Assembly: GCF_936981045.1 (NCBI RefSeq)
Contig: NZ_OW441264.1
Coordinates: forward strand, 330,001 to 362,000
Direction of reading: 5' to 3'
From: Candidatus Saccharimonadota bacterium
Lineage (GTDB): Bacteria; Bacteroidota; Bacteroidia; Cytophagales; Amoebophilaceae
Length of the DNA: 32,000 nucleotides
Below are positions 1 to 9,082 of the stretch, one piece after another; position 1 is the stretch's first letter, and each line of letters begins with the position of its first letter. Made by a program: the position numbers and the translations under genes. The notes under the pieces are model-generated. The model saw only the letters and a list, made by a program, of their open reading frames with translations, did no database searches and was not told where the DNA came from.

Positions 1-41
1 GGATTACCTCTAGAAGCACCATCTGTGTAGATATGAATCAT
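1..41 (-). CDS. rnhA: Ribonuclease HI, first 13 codons only (gene continues beyond the left edge)
   Basis: Minus-strand ATG at 41-39 is immediately preceded by an in-frame TAG. The translation MIHIYTDGASRGN matches the conserved RNase HI N-terminal motif IYTDG[AS]xxGNPG. The fragment is very short, so the call is tentative. Confidence 0.45.
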   Translation of the reverse strand, partial: MIHIYTDGASRGN

Positions 42-69
42 CTAAAATAATTGTAATGGCCATAATCGC

Positions 70-1794
70 TTAAAATTTAAAGTCGACACCCGTTACATCC
101 CAGTTTTCTATCACATTAATTTCCTTTTCGTAAAAAATTACTGGGTTCGGCTCAATGTTTTGAAGTACATCCCCAGGCGACCATTCCTCTTCCCCTTCAT
201 TGAGCACCAATAAACGCATTCTATAGGAACCAGGCATAATCATTTTAAATTGGTAACTTTTTGCATTCCGAATGGCATCTACGCATTCATCTTTTTGATT
301 CAGTAACTCAATAATGAAATAGGCCGTAGTGGTCTCTACAATTCCTGAAATGGTTCCTGTTTCATCTTTTTTTCTAAGTGGATAGGTTTGACTAATCTTT
401 TTATGGGTTGATTGATCAAATGCCATACAAGCACCTGGTTCTATCTGTAAAGCAACCACCTGCTTTATACTTTTACCCTTATGGTCTCTTTCTTCCTCTT
501 GTATGGCAAACTGCATGATCTCTTCTGGAGTGAAATGTTTCCGTATGGTCAGTTTGGTTCGATTTCCGTTCCACGTCCATTCCCCTTGCTTAAGTGCAAT
601 GTTCTGTTGATTTTTACATTCAAAATAAATTAATGCTTCGTTAAATTCTTTGATGGGTTTGTTAAATACAATGGATTCTGTAAAATCAGGCAGTATAGAA
701 GGAAGTACGCGTGGCGATAGGCTATAGCTTAGACTTGTTTTGTCTGTTTTTCCTTCCTTGAAGTGAATAAGTATATTTTTTTCTAATGACCTATGCAAAG
801 CATCCTCAGCCTTTAATTTAACCTTCAAGGTATCTCCTTCTAGGAGACCAAAAGTATTGTAAATAGCGATTACTTTAGGTGATTGCTCTGAAAGAAAGCT
901 ATAGATTGCTGGCTTCCCCTTTGTCCCTACCGTTTGAAGGGGTATCACTTGATAGTTGGTTATGGCTTTGTTAAAAACTATTTCAAAAAATCCTTTTTGG
1001 GGCGTACTACGTAGTAATTTTAAATCACGCACATCAGCTGTTATAAGCGGGAGTACAATATCTTCTCGAGCGTCGTTCAAATCGATGGGATTTTTTAAAA
1101 ATCCATAGTTATCTTTTTCATAATCAATTTTATAGGTGTTGTCTTTCCCAGTAGTAGCCCGTATATAATACTTGCCCAAGTGTATGCAGCTTATGGTAAA
1201 ATTTCCATCTTGATCAGCTGTGGTATAATAATCCGGTATACCTTTTTCCTGCCATTCTTTAGGATCTCGTTCTGCACTATAGAGATAGACCCTCACATCC
1301 CCTATTGGTTTATTGGTTAATAGTGCTTTTATTTTTCCCTTAACGGTAATGGGATCTATAAAAGAGCCTGTACTAAAGGTTAACACCTCACCAGTAGCCT
1401 TGGTACCCTCATGTGTGTCTTTAACTGCTTTACTAAAGTGGATGGAGTAGGTAGTTTCCTTTTTTAGAGGAACATTTAGCTTAAGTTGTAAGGTTTTTTC
1501 ATATACGGTATAGGTGTAGGGCTGTTTATTTTTCGGTTGATCTAACTTGGGCATAATCAGCAAATTATTGTAAGGGTTTTCAACAGCAATATCTTTATTG
1601 AAGGTAAGTCGGATGATTTTACGCTTAAAATTTAATGCGCCGCCTTCTGGAAACGTACGAACTAGTTTAGGCGGGCTTTCATCAGGAGGGCCACCTTCTG
1701 GTTCCTGTACCGAGACACAGGAAACAATAGGCACGAGTAATACATACCTGAAATGAAACAGCCGCAAAATTGCGGCAATGAATTTAAGCATCAT
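70..1794 (-). CDS. Predicted lipoprotein with Ig-like and carboxypeptidase-regulatory-like beta-sandwich regions; function unknown
   Basis: The ORF track gives 70..1857, but codons upstream of 1794 overlap tRNA-Ala (1814-1889), so I moved the start to MMLKF at 1794. The N-terminus MMLKFIAAILRLFHFRYVLLVPIVSC looks like a signal peptide with a lipobox-like Cys. The segment VKGKIKALLTNKPIGDVRVYLY...ADQDGNFTISCIHLGKYYIRA resembles the CarboxypepD_reg fold. PPKLVRTFPEGGALNFKRKIIRLTFNKDI resembles SbsA/Big_5-type Ig domains. Confidence 0.7.
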   Translation of the reverse strand: MMLKFIAAILRLFHFRYVLLVPIVSCVSVQEPEGGPPDESPPKLVRTFPEGGALNFKRKIIRLTFNKDIAVENPYNNLLIMPKLDQPKNKQPYTYTVYEKTLQLKLNVPLKKETTYSIHFSKAVKDTHEGTKATGEVLTFSTGSFIDPITVKGKIKALLTNKPIGDVRVYLYSAERDPKEWQEKGIPDYYTTADQDGNFTISCIHLGKYYIRATTGKDNTYKIDYEKDNYGFLKNPIDLNDAREDIVLPLITADVRDLKLLRSTPQKGFFEIVFNKAITNYQVIPLQTVGTKGKPAIYSFLSEQSPKVIAIYNTFGLLEGDTLKVKLKAEDALHRSLEKNILIHFKEGKTDKTSLSYSLSPRVLPSILPDFTESIVFNKPIKEFNEALIYFECKNQQNIALKQGEWTWNGNRTKLTIRKHFTPEEIMQFAIQEEERDHKGKSIKQVVALQIEPGACMAFDQSTHKKISQTYPLRKKDETGTISGIVETTTAYFIIELLNQKDECVDAIRNAKSYQFKMIMPGSYRMRLLVLNEGEEEWSPGDVLQNIEPNPVIFYEKEINVIENWDVTGVDFKF

Positions 1795-1813
1795 TAAAGT
1801 ATAAGCTTTGTCT

Positions 1814-1889
1814 GGTGGAGAATGGGGGACTCGAACCCCCGACCTTCTCGATGCCATCGAGACGCTCTAACCAACTGAGCTAATCCCCC
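1814..1889 (-). tRNA. tRNA-Ala (anticodon GGC), CCA encoded
   Basis: The reverse complement GGGGGATTAGCTCAGTTGGTTAGAGCGTCTCGATGGCATCGAGAAGGTCGGGGGTTCGAGTCCCCCATTCTCCACCA folds as a 76-nt cloverleaf: D stem GCTC/GAGC, anticodon stem TCTCG/CGAGA, loop ATGGCAT, T stem GGGGG/CCCCC. It has the G3:U70 alanine identity pair. Confidence 0.92.
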
Positions 1890-1943
1890 TAGCATGGGCA
1901 CCATGCAACGATACCAATATTTCTTAAATAAATCAAGTATAAT

Positions 1944-3428
1944 CTACTTTTTCAGCTGTAATAGCAGTGATTTTATACTAGTTGTAGCATGTAAGTGGCC
2001 AGCTATTTGAGCCACGTTGATGCGATGTTGTGCCATAGAATCGCGTTCACGGATAGTAACGGTTTCATCTTCTAAGGTTTGGTAGTCAATGGTAATACAA
2101 TAAGGAGTACCGATAAGATCTTGTCTGGTATATCGCTTGCCAATGGATTGGACCTCTTCATAAATAAGCGGGAAGTTATATTTGAGCTGATCAAATAGTG
2201 CTAGAGCTTTTTGGGCTAATCCATCCTTTTTTACCAATGGGAAAATAGCTGCTTTAATAGGTGCTAATGGAGGTGGAAACTTTAAATAGGTTCTGTTCCC
2301 TTTTTCATCTGCTGGGTTATGCTCTTTTTCTAAAGCATTACTCAGCAACATTAAAACCAATCGGTCAAGCCCTGCAGAAGTCTCTATTACGTATGGTGTG
2401 TAACTCTTTTTCAGATCAGGGTCAAAGTATTGCAATTTCTTTTTGGCATAATGTGCATGGCTTCTTAGGTCAAAGTCTGTTCTAGAGTGGATCCCCTCTA
2501 CTTCTTTACATCCAAATGGGAATGCATATTCAATGTCAACTGCAGCGGCTGCATAATGTGCCAGCTGTTGATGAGGATGTATGTGGATCTTTTGCTGGTT
2601 AATACCTAAGCTGCTATACCAAGCTTTACGTGTTGCTTGCCAATAGTCGAACCAACTTTTTTCTGTTCCAGGTTGAATAAAAAACTGCATTTCCATTTGT
2701 TCAAACTCACGCATACGGAAAGTAAATTGACGGGCTACAATTTCATTCCGAAATGCTTTCCCAATTTGGGCAATTCCAAAAGGAACTTTCATCCGTGCTG
2801 TTTTTTGGACATTCAAAAAATTGACAAAAATACCCTGTGCCGTTTCTGGTCGCAAATAAATAGTGGTAGCATCATTTTGTCCACCCACTTGAGTGGAAAA
2901 CATAAGGTTAAATTGACGCACGGGGGTCCAATGGGTGGTCTTAGATAGGGGGCATGCAATAGCGAAGGCTTGCAGGAGCTGATCCAAGCCAGATAGGTTA
3001 CCAGTTTGTAAACAAGCCTCCATCTCTTTCATTAAGGCGTCTGCTTGAGCAGACTTTCCTTGAGCCGCTAACTGCATGGCATGCTCCTCTATAAGTAGAT
3101 CCACGCGATACCGCTTTTTGGAATCCTTATTGTCGACCATTGGGTCTGTAAATCTATCTATATGACCAGAGGCCTTCCAGGTAGTAGGGTGCATCATAAT
3201 CGCCGCATCAATCCCTACAATATTTTGATGTAGTTGGGTCATGCTTTGCCACCAGAAGTTTTGTAAATTCCGCTTTAGTGCTACGCCATAAGGACCATAA
3301 TCATAAATAGACTGCAAGCCGTCATATATTTCACTAGATGGATAGATAAAACCATAGGCTTGCGCATGGCCAATCAATTCTTTAAATGTATGGGTTGAGT
3401 GATCTAAAGCAGCATCTGTAGTAGACAT
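1944..3428 (-). CDS. glyQS: Glycine--tRNA ligase (homodimeric class II type)
   Basis: A 494-aa ORF with class II aaRS motifs (FRNEIVARQFTFRMREFEQMEMQFF, GLDRLVLMLL) and a C-terminal anticodon-binding domain (APIKAAIFPL...IGTPYCITIDYQT). Stop codon is TAG. Confidence 0.95.
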   Translation of the reverse strand: MSTTDAALDHSTHTFKELIGHAQAYGFIYPSSEIYDGLQSIYDYGPYGVALKRNLQNFWWQSMTQLHQNIVGIDAAIMMHPTTWKASGHIDRFTDPMVDNKDSKKRYRVDLLIEEHAMQLAAQGKSAQADALMKEMEACLQTGNLSGLDQLLQAFAIACPLSKTTHWTPVRQFNLMFSTQVGGQNDATTIYLRPETAQGIFVNFLNVQKTARMKVPFGIAQIGKAFRNEIVARQFTFRMREFEQMEMQFFIQPGTEKSWFDYWQATRKAWYSSLGINQQKIHIHPHQQLAHYAAAAVDIEYAFPFGCKEVEGIHSRTDFDLRSHAHYAKKKLQYFDPDLKKSYTPYVIETSAGLDRLVLMLLSNALEKEHNPADEKGNRTYLKFPPPLAPIKAAIFPLVKKDGLAQKALALFDQLKYNFPLIYEEVQSIGKRYTRQDLIGTPYCITIDYQTLEDETVTIRERDSMAQHRINVAQIAGHLHATTSIKSLLLQLKK

Positions 3429-3646
3429 CTATCTATTGGGTTATGATGAACACTTTTTAGGAACCTTTCCTAAGTTTGTACAATGGGCATTCTAATGCCC
3501 TTGATTGTTGTAGCCCAAAGCTAATGATTTTTCTTAAATTAAATTTAAAGCTTATTTTATGGCAACCTAAAAAATCAGTCCGTTGAGCCTATTATTTTAT
3601 TTGGTTGGGGTTGGTCTTAAAGATGTATGCTTTTTAACTTAAAGCT

Positions 3647-4396
3647 TTGATACAAATAACAAAATTAGAGCAGAAAATATTTTTTATATCAGATTTGCAC
3701 CTACCACTTCGGCCCAGTGGGGTAGGTCATGCTCCCCAACTAGAGGATAAAGTACTAGATTGGTTGGCTTATATAAAGCCACAAGCACAGGCACTATTTT
3801 TACTAGGAGATATCTTTGACTTTTGGTTTGAGTATAAACATCTTGTCCCTAAAGGTGCCATTCGATTTCAAGCAAAACTTTGGGAGTTCTATAAAGCCCA
3901 GATACCTGTTTATTTTTTTTTAGGGAATCATGATGGGTGGTCTATAGATTATTTAACGCAAGAATGTGGTGTGCAGTTATTTAGAGAACCTGCATCCATT
4001 ACCATTGCTAATAAGCGATTTTTGGTTGGGCATGGCGATACGTTTCATTCCACTATGCATTATACCATGCTCCGCACATTATATCATAGTGCTTGGTTCC
4101 AATCTTTTGTGCGGGCTTTGCCGCCTGATTGGGTGTATAATAGGGTATACCGTTATCTTACCAAGAAAAAATATACGAAACCTTCTTTTTTCCAAGAAAA
4201 GGACCGTATATTTCATTATTGTAAGGATAAGATAGAACCTTTTAATCACCACGAATTTTATATATTTGGTCATACACATTGTCCATATATAAAGGCGTTG
4301 AACCATTCAAGCAGTTATTGTAATCTTGGAGACTGGATTTCGCATGATACCTATGCTTGTTTTGATGGTGTAGCCCTTTCATTGCTTAAATTTTAA
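3647..4396 (+). CDS. lpxH: UDP-2,3-diacylglucosamine hydrolase-like metallophosphoesterase
   Basis: Calcineurin-like phosphoesterase motifs appear in LpxH order: FISDLHL, GDIFDFWFEYK, GNHD, GHGD, GHTH. The start is TTG per the ORF track; no in-frame ATG lies upstream of the DLHL motif. Confidence 0.75.
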   Translation: MIQITKLEQKIFFISDLHLPLRPSGVGHAPQLEDKVLDWLAYIKPQAQALFLLGDIFDFWFEYKHLVPKGAIRFQAKLWEFYKAQIPVYFFLGNHDGWSIDYLTQECGVQLFREPASITIANKRFLVGHGDTFHSTMHYTMLRTLYHSAWFQSFVRALPPDWVYNRVYRYLTKKKYTKPSFFQEKDRIFHYCKDKIEPFNHHEFYIFGHTHCPYIKALNHSSSYCNLGDWISHDTYACFDGVALSLLKF

Positions 4397-4486
4397 GACT
4401 ATAATGGTATAGGTTATATGGTTGAGTAATCTTTTATTAAAAACTTTTTCGTTAATACAAACGCATCAACCTGTCAGTTATAACAC

Positions 4487-5518
4487 ATGGGAATTTGGAG
4501 TTATTTTTATATGGATATTGCGGTCGATCTAGGAACGGCTAATACTTTAATCATACACAATGATAAAATTGTTGTAGATGAACCATCTATTATAGCAATA
4601 GATCGAAACACGAATAAGATGATAGCAGTGGGGAAAGCTGCGATGCAAATGCATGAGAAAACGCATGATACGATAAAAACCATTAAACCGCTCAAGGATG
4701 GTGTAATTGCGGATTACCATGCAGCAGAGCTCATGATTCAAGGTATGATCAAGATGTTGTCTAAGAAAAAATTATCTTTGTTTACCCCCTTCTTTAATAG
4801 GATTATCATCTGCATTCCATCTGGTACCACTGATGTGGAAAAGAGAGCGGTTCGGGACTCTGCTGCCCATACGGGTGCCAAAGAAGTCTATATGATTTAT
4901 GAGCCCATTGCGGCTGCTATAGGTATAGGCGTTAAGATTGGAGAGCCTGTTGGCTGTATGATTGTGGATATTGGTGGTGGCACAACAGAAATAGCCGTTA
5001 TATCCTTATCTGGTATTGCATGTGATCAATCTATTAAAGTGGCAGGCAATGTTTTCAACAAAGATATACTGGACTACATGCGTAAGCAGCATAATCTGGT
5101 GATTGGAGAGCGTACTGCAGAACAAATTAAAATAGCCATAGGAGCTGTTTGGGTGGATTTAGCGAAACCACCAGCTGATTATGGAGTACATGGAAAAGAC
5201 CTTATGACCGGTATTCCTAAGATTATATCGGTAAGCTATAGAGAGATAGCCGTTGCCTTAGAGGAATCGGCTGTAAAAATTGACGATGCGGTTCTAAAAG
5301 CATTGGAAATAGCTCCACCTGAATTGGCTTCTGATATATACAAAAATGGCATTCATTTAACAGGGGGTGGTGCCTTATTACGGGGCTTAGATAAACGGTT
5401 GCATCATATAACTAAACTTCCTGTCCATACTGCAGAAGAGCCCTTACAAGCAGTGGTGCGGGGCACGGGTGCTGCATTAAAAGATGTAGCAACCTACCGC
5501 AGTGTACTTATGAATTAG
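4487..5518 (+). CDS. mreB: Rod shape-determining protein MreB
   Basis: A 343-aa actin-fold protein with the motifs IAVDLGTANTLI, DIGGGTTEIAVISL and GIHLTGGGALLRGLDKRL. Stop codon is TAG. Confidence 0.95.
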   Translation: MGIWSYFYMDIAVDLGTANTLIIHNDKIVVDEPSIIAIDRNTNKMIAVGKAAMQMHEKTHDTIKTIKPLKDGVIADYHAAELMIQGMIKMLSKKKLSLFTPFFNRIIICIPSGTTDVEKRAVRDSAAHTGAKEVYMIYEPIAAAIGIGVKIGEPVGCMIVDIGGGTTEIAVISLSGIACDQSIKVAGNVFNKDILDYMRKQHNLVIGERTAEQIKIAIGAVWVDLAKPPADYGVHGKDLMTGIPKIISVSYREIAVALEESAVKIDDAVLKALEIAPPELASDIYKNGIHLTGGGALLRGLDKRLHHITKLPVHTAEEPLQAVVRGTGAALKDVATYRSVLMN

Positions 5519-5619
5519 GGGCAAGGCATTTTGTATACTGGCCTGAAAAATTCGGACAAAAAAGATGATAATTTGTTTCTGTATATTTTAGTTTAATGAT
5601 ATTAAAATAGAGCTATCCA

Positions 5620-6195
5620 ATGGTCAGAAATAAGATTAGGCATTTTAGTTCGGAAGAAAAGACTAAAAACGTGAGTTCGGGATTTATTTGACTGATTTAC
5701 AACAATTTAATATCAATTATTTAGTTAATATTTGCACCTATTTAACAAGTTTTTATATCTAATTTTATAAATATAATATATATAATAAACTGATTATCAG
5801 AATTATTTGTTATTCAACTACCTATTTAACTGTCTATAAAACAAATTTTATAAATTTTTATTAATATTGATTATCAAATGAAAAAATAATCTAATCCCGA
5901 ACTCACGTTAAAATAGTATTCGCTTTACTAAAAGAAGATTCCACACTGGTTGCATTATCGTCCAAATAGCGAGTAACGACTAAAACTATTCAAAATTGGA
6001 AACGTCAGTGTTTAGAAAATGCTTCAGTAGCCTTTGATCCATCAAAAATTGTTAGCGTTTATAAAGATGTAATACAGACTCTTAAGGATCAAAATGATGC
6101 ACTGGCTAAAGCTTTAGGGAAGACTGCCGTTGAGCGAAATTGGGCAGTGGGAAAGCTAAAGAGCTTGGATGTATTAAGTAAGAAAAGTCTTGTTA
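5620..6195 (+). pseudogene. IS3-family orfA (HTH/leucine-zipper transposase part), interrupted by a MITE and carrying an in-frame TAG
   Basis: MVRNKIRHFSSEEKTK is followed by MITE 5669-5908. The frame then resumes as IVFALLKEDSTLVALSSK*RVTTKTIQNWKRQCLENAS...LAKALGKTAVERNWAVGKLKSL, with the TAG at 5967-5969. It ends at the second MITE. Confidence 0.7.
5669..5908. mobile_element. MITE copy 1 (240 bp, non-coding, IS982-like termini)
   Basis: Termini are ACGTGAGTTCGGGAT...ATCCCGAACTCACGT. A 5-bp duplication TAAAA sits at 5664-5668 and 5909-5913. Excising the element restores the IS3 orfA frame. Confidence 0.8.
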
Positions 6196-6435
6196 ATGTG
6201 AGTTCGGGATTTATTTGACTGATTTACAACAATTTAATATCAATTATTTAGTTAATATTTGCACTTATTTAACAAGTTTTTATATCTAATTTTATAAATA
6301 TAATATATATAATAAACTGATTACCAGAATTATTTGTTATTCAACTACCTATTTAACTGTCTATAAAGCAAATTTTATAAATTTTCATTGATATTGATTA
6401 TCAAATGAAAAAATAATCTAATCCCGAACTCACGT
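6196..6435. mobile_element. MITE copy 2 (240 bp)
   Basis: Near-identical to 5669-5908, with about six substitutions by eye including the first-position variant ATGTGAG. Same orientation as copy 1. No clean target duplication is visible. Confidence 0.8.
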
Positions 6436-6638
6436 TAGCAGTATGTCTATAGCCTTGCTTATTCCGTCTTTAGAGGGGGCTTTTCTTTGCATTGTTTTAA
6501 GCGTTGAGGCCGTTGTGATAGATTTCTATTATAATATTTTTAGGGTTGTTTAGACTGATTTTTGGTATTAAAGTGGTATTAATTTTATTATTTATTGATT
6601 TTCATGTACTTTTATTGCATTTTAGACAGACCATTCCC

Positions 6639-7664
6639 CTAAAGACCTCTTAATATGATATTTGGCGACCTGTATAAGTTATAGGCTATTGCTTCGATAA
6701 CGTGTTGCGTATGAGTTTTAGCAAGTCCTATGTAGCGAGCTCCTGAGCTTCGGAACCAACTTTTAATACTTCCAAATACACGTTCTACTTTATACCTGGT
6801 TTTAGCTACCAATGTATTAAACCGTTTAGCAGTAGGTGATAAAGGATTATTTCTAGTAGCTTTCTTCTGAATAGCTGATTTTAAGGCTTTATTCTTTAAT
6901 AAGGTTTCATTAGGTGATCCGCTATAGCCCTTATCTGCATATAGCCTACTACCTACTTTTAGCTCTACTTTATCCAATAAGACTTGTAAATGAGCACTAT
7001 CATGACTAGATGCTTTTGTGGTACTGACTGCTAGGACTAAGCCTTCTTTACTTTCCACAAGGATGTGACGCTTATACCCATAGTAGAGATTATCTCCTTT
7101 TTTTGTCCAACTCGCTTCTGGATCTACACCTTTTTGATAACTTTCGGCTACAGTTATAGTGCCATCTTCATGGAGATCATAGCTTTTTTTACCTTTAGGG
7201 CGCCTAGGGGTAGGCGTAATAGAGGCATCAACAACTGCACCATGTTGAACTAATACACCATGACTAGATAGTTGATCGTTAATTATTTTCAATAACCTTT
7301 CTAGGACCTGCTTCTCCGTAAGCGCAGTCCTAAACCTGCTTAATACGCTATGATCTGGAACAGAACTATCCATGGAAATACGACAAAATCTGCTGAAAGT
7401 GATACGATCATTTACTTCTTCTTCTACTTGATAGTCACTCAGAGCATACCATGTTTGAAGCAACAGCATTTTAAATAAAAGAAGCGGGCTATAAGCTGCC
7501 TTTCCTGATAAACACAAACCTTTAGGATAATACAAGAAAAGTTCTTTTTCTATTACTTGCCAAGTAATCAACTTATTAAGCTGATCGAAAAAAGTATGCT
7601 TACACTTACGTCGACTGGCTGAAATATCTGCAAAACTTAATTGATTATTTGTTTTGATGGCCAT
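6639..7664 (-). CDS. IS5-family DDE transposase (intact ORF)
   Basis: 341 aa with the N-terminal Tnp_2-like region YSPLLLFKMLLLQTWYALSDYQVEEEVNDRITFSRF. DDE region motifs are VVDAS, YADKGY and RYKVERVFGSIK. Candidate terminal repeats are 6506-6521 GAGGCCGTTGTGATAG versus 7767-7782 CTATTGCAACAACCTC (12/16), so element boundaries are tentative. Confidence 0.8.
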   Translation of the reverse strand: MAIKTNNQLSFADISASRRKCKHTFFDQLNKLITWQVIEKELFLYYPKGLCLSGKAAYSPLLLFKMLLLQTWYALSDYQVEEEVNDRITFSRFCRISMDSSVPDHSVLSRFRTALTEKQVLERLLKIINDQLSSHGVLVQHGAVVDASITPTPRRPKGKKSYDLHEDGTITVAESYQKGVDPEASWTKKGDNLYYGYKRHILVESKEGLVLAVSTTKASSHDSAHLQVLLDKVELKVGSRLYADKGYSGSPNETLLKNKALKSAIQKKATRNNPLSPTAKRFNTLVAKTRYKVERVFGSIKSWFRSSGARYIGLAKTHTQHVIEAIAYNLYRSPNIILRGL

Positions 7665-7807
7665 AACAATACTATTAAAAAGCTTAAGTTTAAACGATTA
7701 AAGAATCAACCTAATTTAACCATTGTATAACACTAAAAGTCACTTTTTATAACAAAGCTTAAAACTCTATTGCAACAACCTCAAAATATACTTTTTTATA
7801 TAAAGAC

Positions 7808-9082
7808 ATGGTAGAGAAAGGGAAAAATATTATTTTACGAATTAAAGATACCATACACTTGCGTAAGTTTCCAGTGAAGCATTGTTTGGCAAAAAATAGT
7901 TTCACACGCAGGAGAAAACTTACATTTCCAGTGGTATTTTCTATGATTTTGAGGTTAGTTAAAAAAAGTTTAGGTATAGAGTGTGAACTTATGGAACCAT
8001 CAACTTTTAAAATTCCCCCATCCAAGCAAGCTTTTTCAAAAGCAAGATATAAAATTGCTCATACAGGATTTAAAGAATTATTGGATTTAAGCCTTCAAAC
8101 AGCTTATCAAGGTGATACCTCATATGGAACATGGAGAGGTTATAGAGTTATTGCTAGAGATGGCTCCTCAGTTCGCTTGCCTGGTTCTCAAGAAATCGTC
8201 TCTAAGTTTGGTCGCCTTAACCCGAATGGAACTACAGGCACTATGCCTTCATTGGCTAGAGGTTCCCTTTTCGTTGATTTATGTACTTCTCTGATTATCA
8301 GTGCACGTTTTGCACCTTGGCATGTGGGAGAGCAAACAATGGCAGAAGAACAATTACCTGAAGTAATTAACCAACTGCGTTCATTAGAGCAAGAAAAACT
8401 ATTATTCATCTATGATCGTGGTTATATTTCAATAAAGTTTATTGAGCAACATAATGCTTGCCAAACAGACTTTATTTTTCGTGTGCAAGAAAAAAATTAT
8501 ACCAATCTATGGAAAATGGTTTCATCTGGTAAATCAGATTTTGATTTTATGTTGGCAAATAATTCCAAGACAATCGGCCAAAAAATAAGGGTCATAGCCC
8601 TTAGTTTACCCAACGACAAACTGGAAGTATTGGTTACCTCTCTTTTTGACCGAGAAAAATTTACTGCAGACGATATCAGCAAAGCATACCTATTAAGGTG
8701 GCACATAGAGGAGTGTTATAAACGACTTAAGATAGGTTCAGAATTAGAGAATTTCTCTGGAAAAAACTTAGATGCCGTACTACAAGAGTTTTGGGCACAC
8801 TTAGTGATGTGTAATATACTATCACTTCATATGTGTGATAGACAAGGCGCTTGGAACCCAGACCAAATTGCTCAATATCGGTTAAACTTTTCCGTTTTAT
8901 TTGGTGTAATGAGGCAGAAACTGTATCAGGTTCTTGTTGGCGATTGCTCTCCCAAAAGCTTTCAGAGACTTTTTAATAGAGCCAGTATACGTGCTAAAAT
9001 TAAAATCCGGATAAGTCGATTATATAGTCGAGACAAGGTCGATAAACCTAGACGGAATCATGTTTTTAGAAGAGTTTGCTAA
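7808..9082 (+). CDS. IS4-family DDE transposase (intact ORF)
   Basis: 424 aa with IARDGSSVRLP, IYDRGYIS and the YLLRWHIEECYKRLK signature (YxxRWxIE). I could not define terminal repeats. Confidence 0.75.
   Translation: MVEKGKNIILRIKDTIHLRKFPVKHCLAKNSFTRRRKLTFPVVFSMILRLVKKSLGIECELMEPSTFKIPPSKQAFSKARYKIAHTGFKELLDLSLQTAYQGDTSYGTWRGYRVIARDGSSVRLPGSQEIVSKFGRLNPNGTTGTMPSLARGSLFVDLCTSLIISARFAPWHVGEQTMAEEQLPEVINQLRSLEQEKLLFIYDRGYISIKFIEQHNACQTDFIFRVQEKNYTNLWKMVSSGKSDFDFMLANNSKTIGQKIRVIALSLPNDKLEVLVTSLFDREKFTADDISKAYLLRWHIEECYKRLKIGSELENFSGKNLDAVLQEFWAHLVMCNILSLHMCDRQGAWNPDQIAQYRLNFSVLFGVMRQKLYQVLVGDCSPKSFQRLFNRASIRAKIKIRISRLYSRDKVDKPRRNHVFRRVC

Noticed and set aside
1795-1857. The N-terminal 21 codons (MASRRSGVRVPHSPPDKAYTL) of ORF 70..1857.
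   Set aside because: These codons are the antisense of the tRNA-Ala gene body. The downstream Met at 1794 gives a canonical signal peptide.
2261-2948. ORFs of 60-124 aa embedded in alternate frames or antisense to conserved genes. They are 2261..2485 and 2637..2948 in glyQS; 3966..4235 and 4079..4306 in lpxH; 4507..4741 in mreB; 13017..13238 in cysS; 14628..14840 in htrA; 15795..15995; 16217..16405 and 16989..17210 in murG; and 30420..30794 and 31053..31301 opposite clpB.
   Set aside because: All lie wholly inside strongly supported genes. They have low-complexity or hydrophobic compositions typical of shadow ORFs and contain no recognisable motifs.
5669-6435. Two identical-length repeats separated by a unique 287-bp segment, which looks superficially like a repeat-spacer-repeat array.
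   Set aside because: The repeats are 240 bp, far too long for CRISPR, and there are only two. They have terminal inverted repeats and a target duplication. The 'spacer' is simply the IS3 orfA sequence they inserted into.
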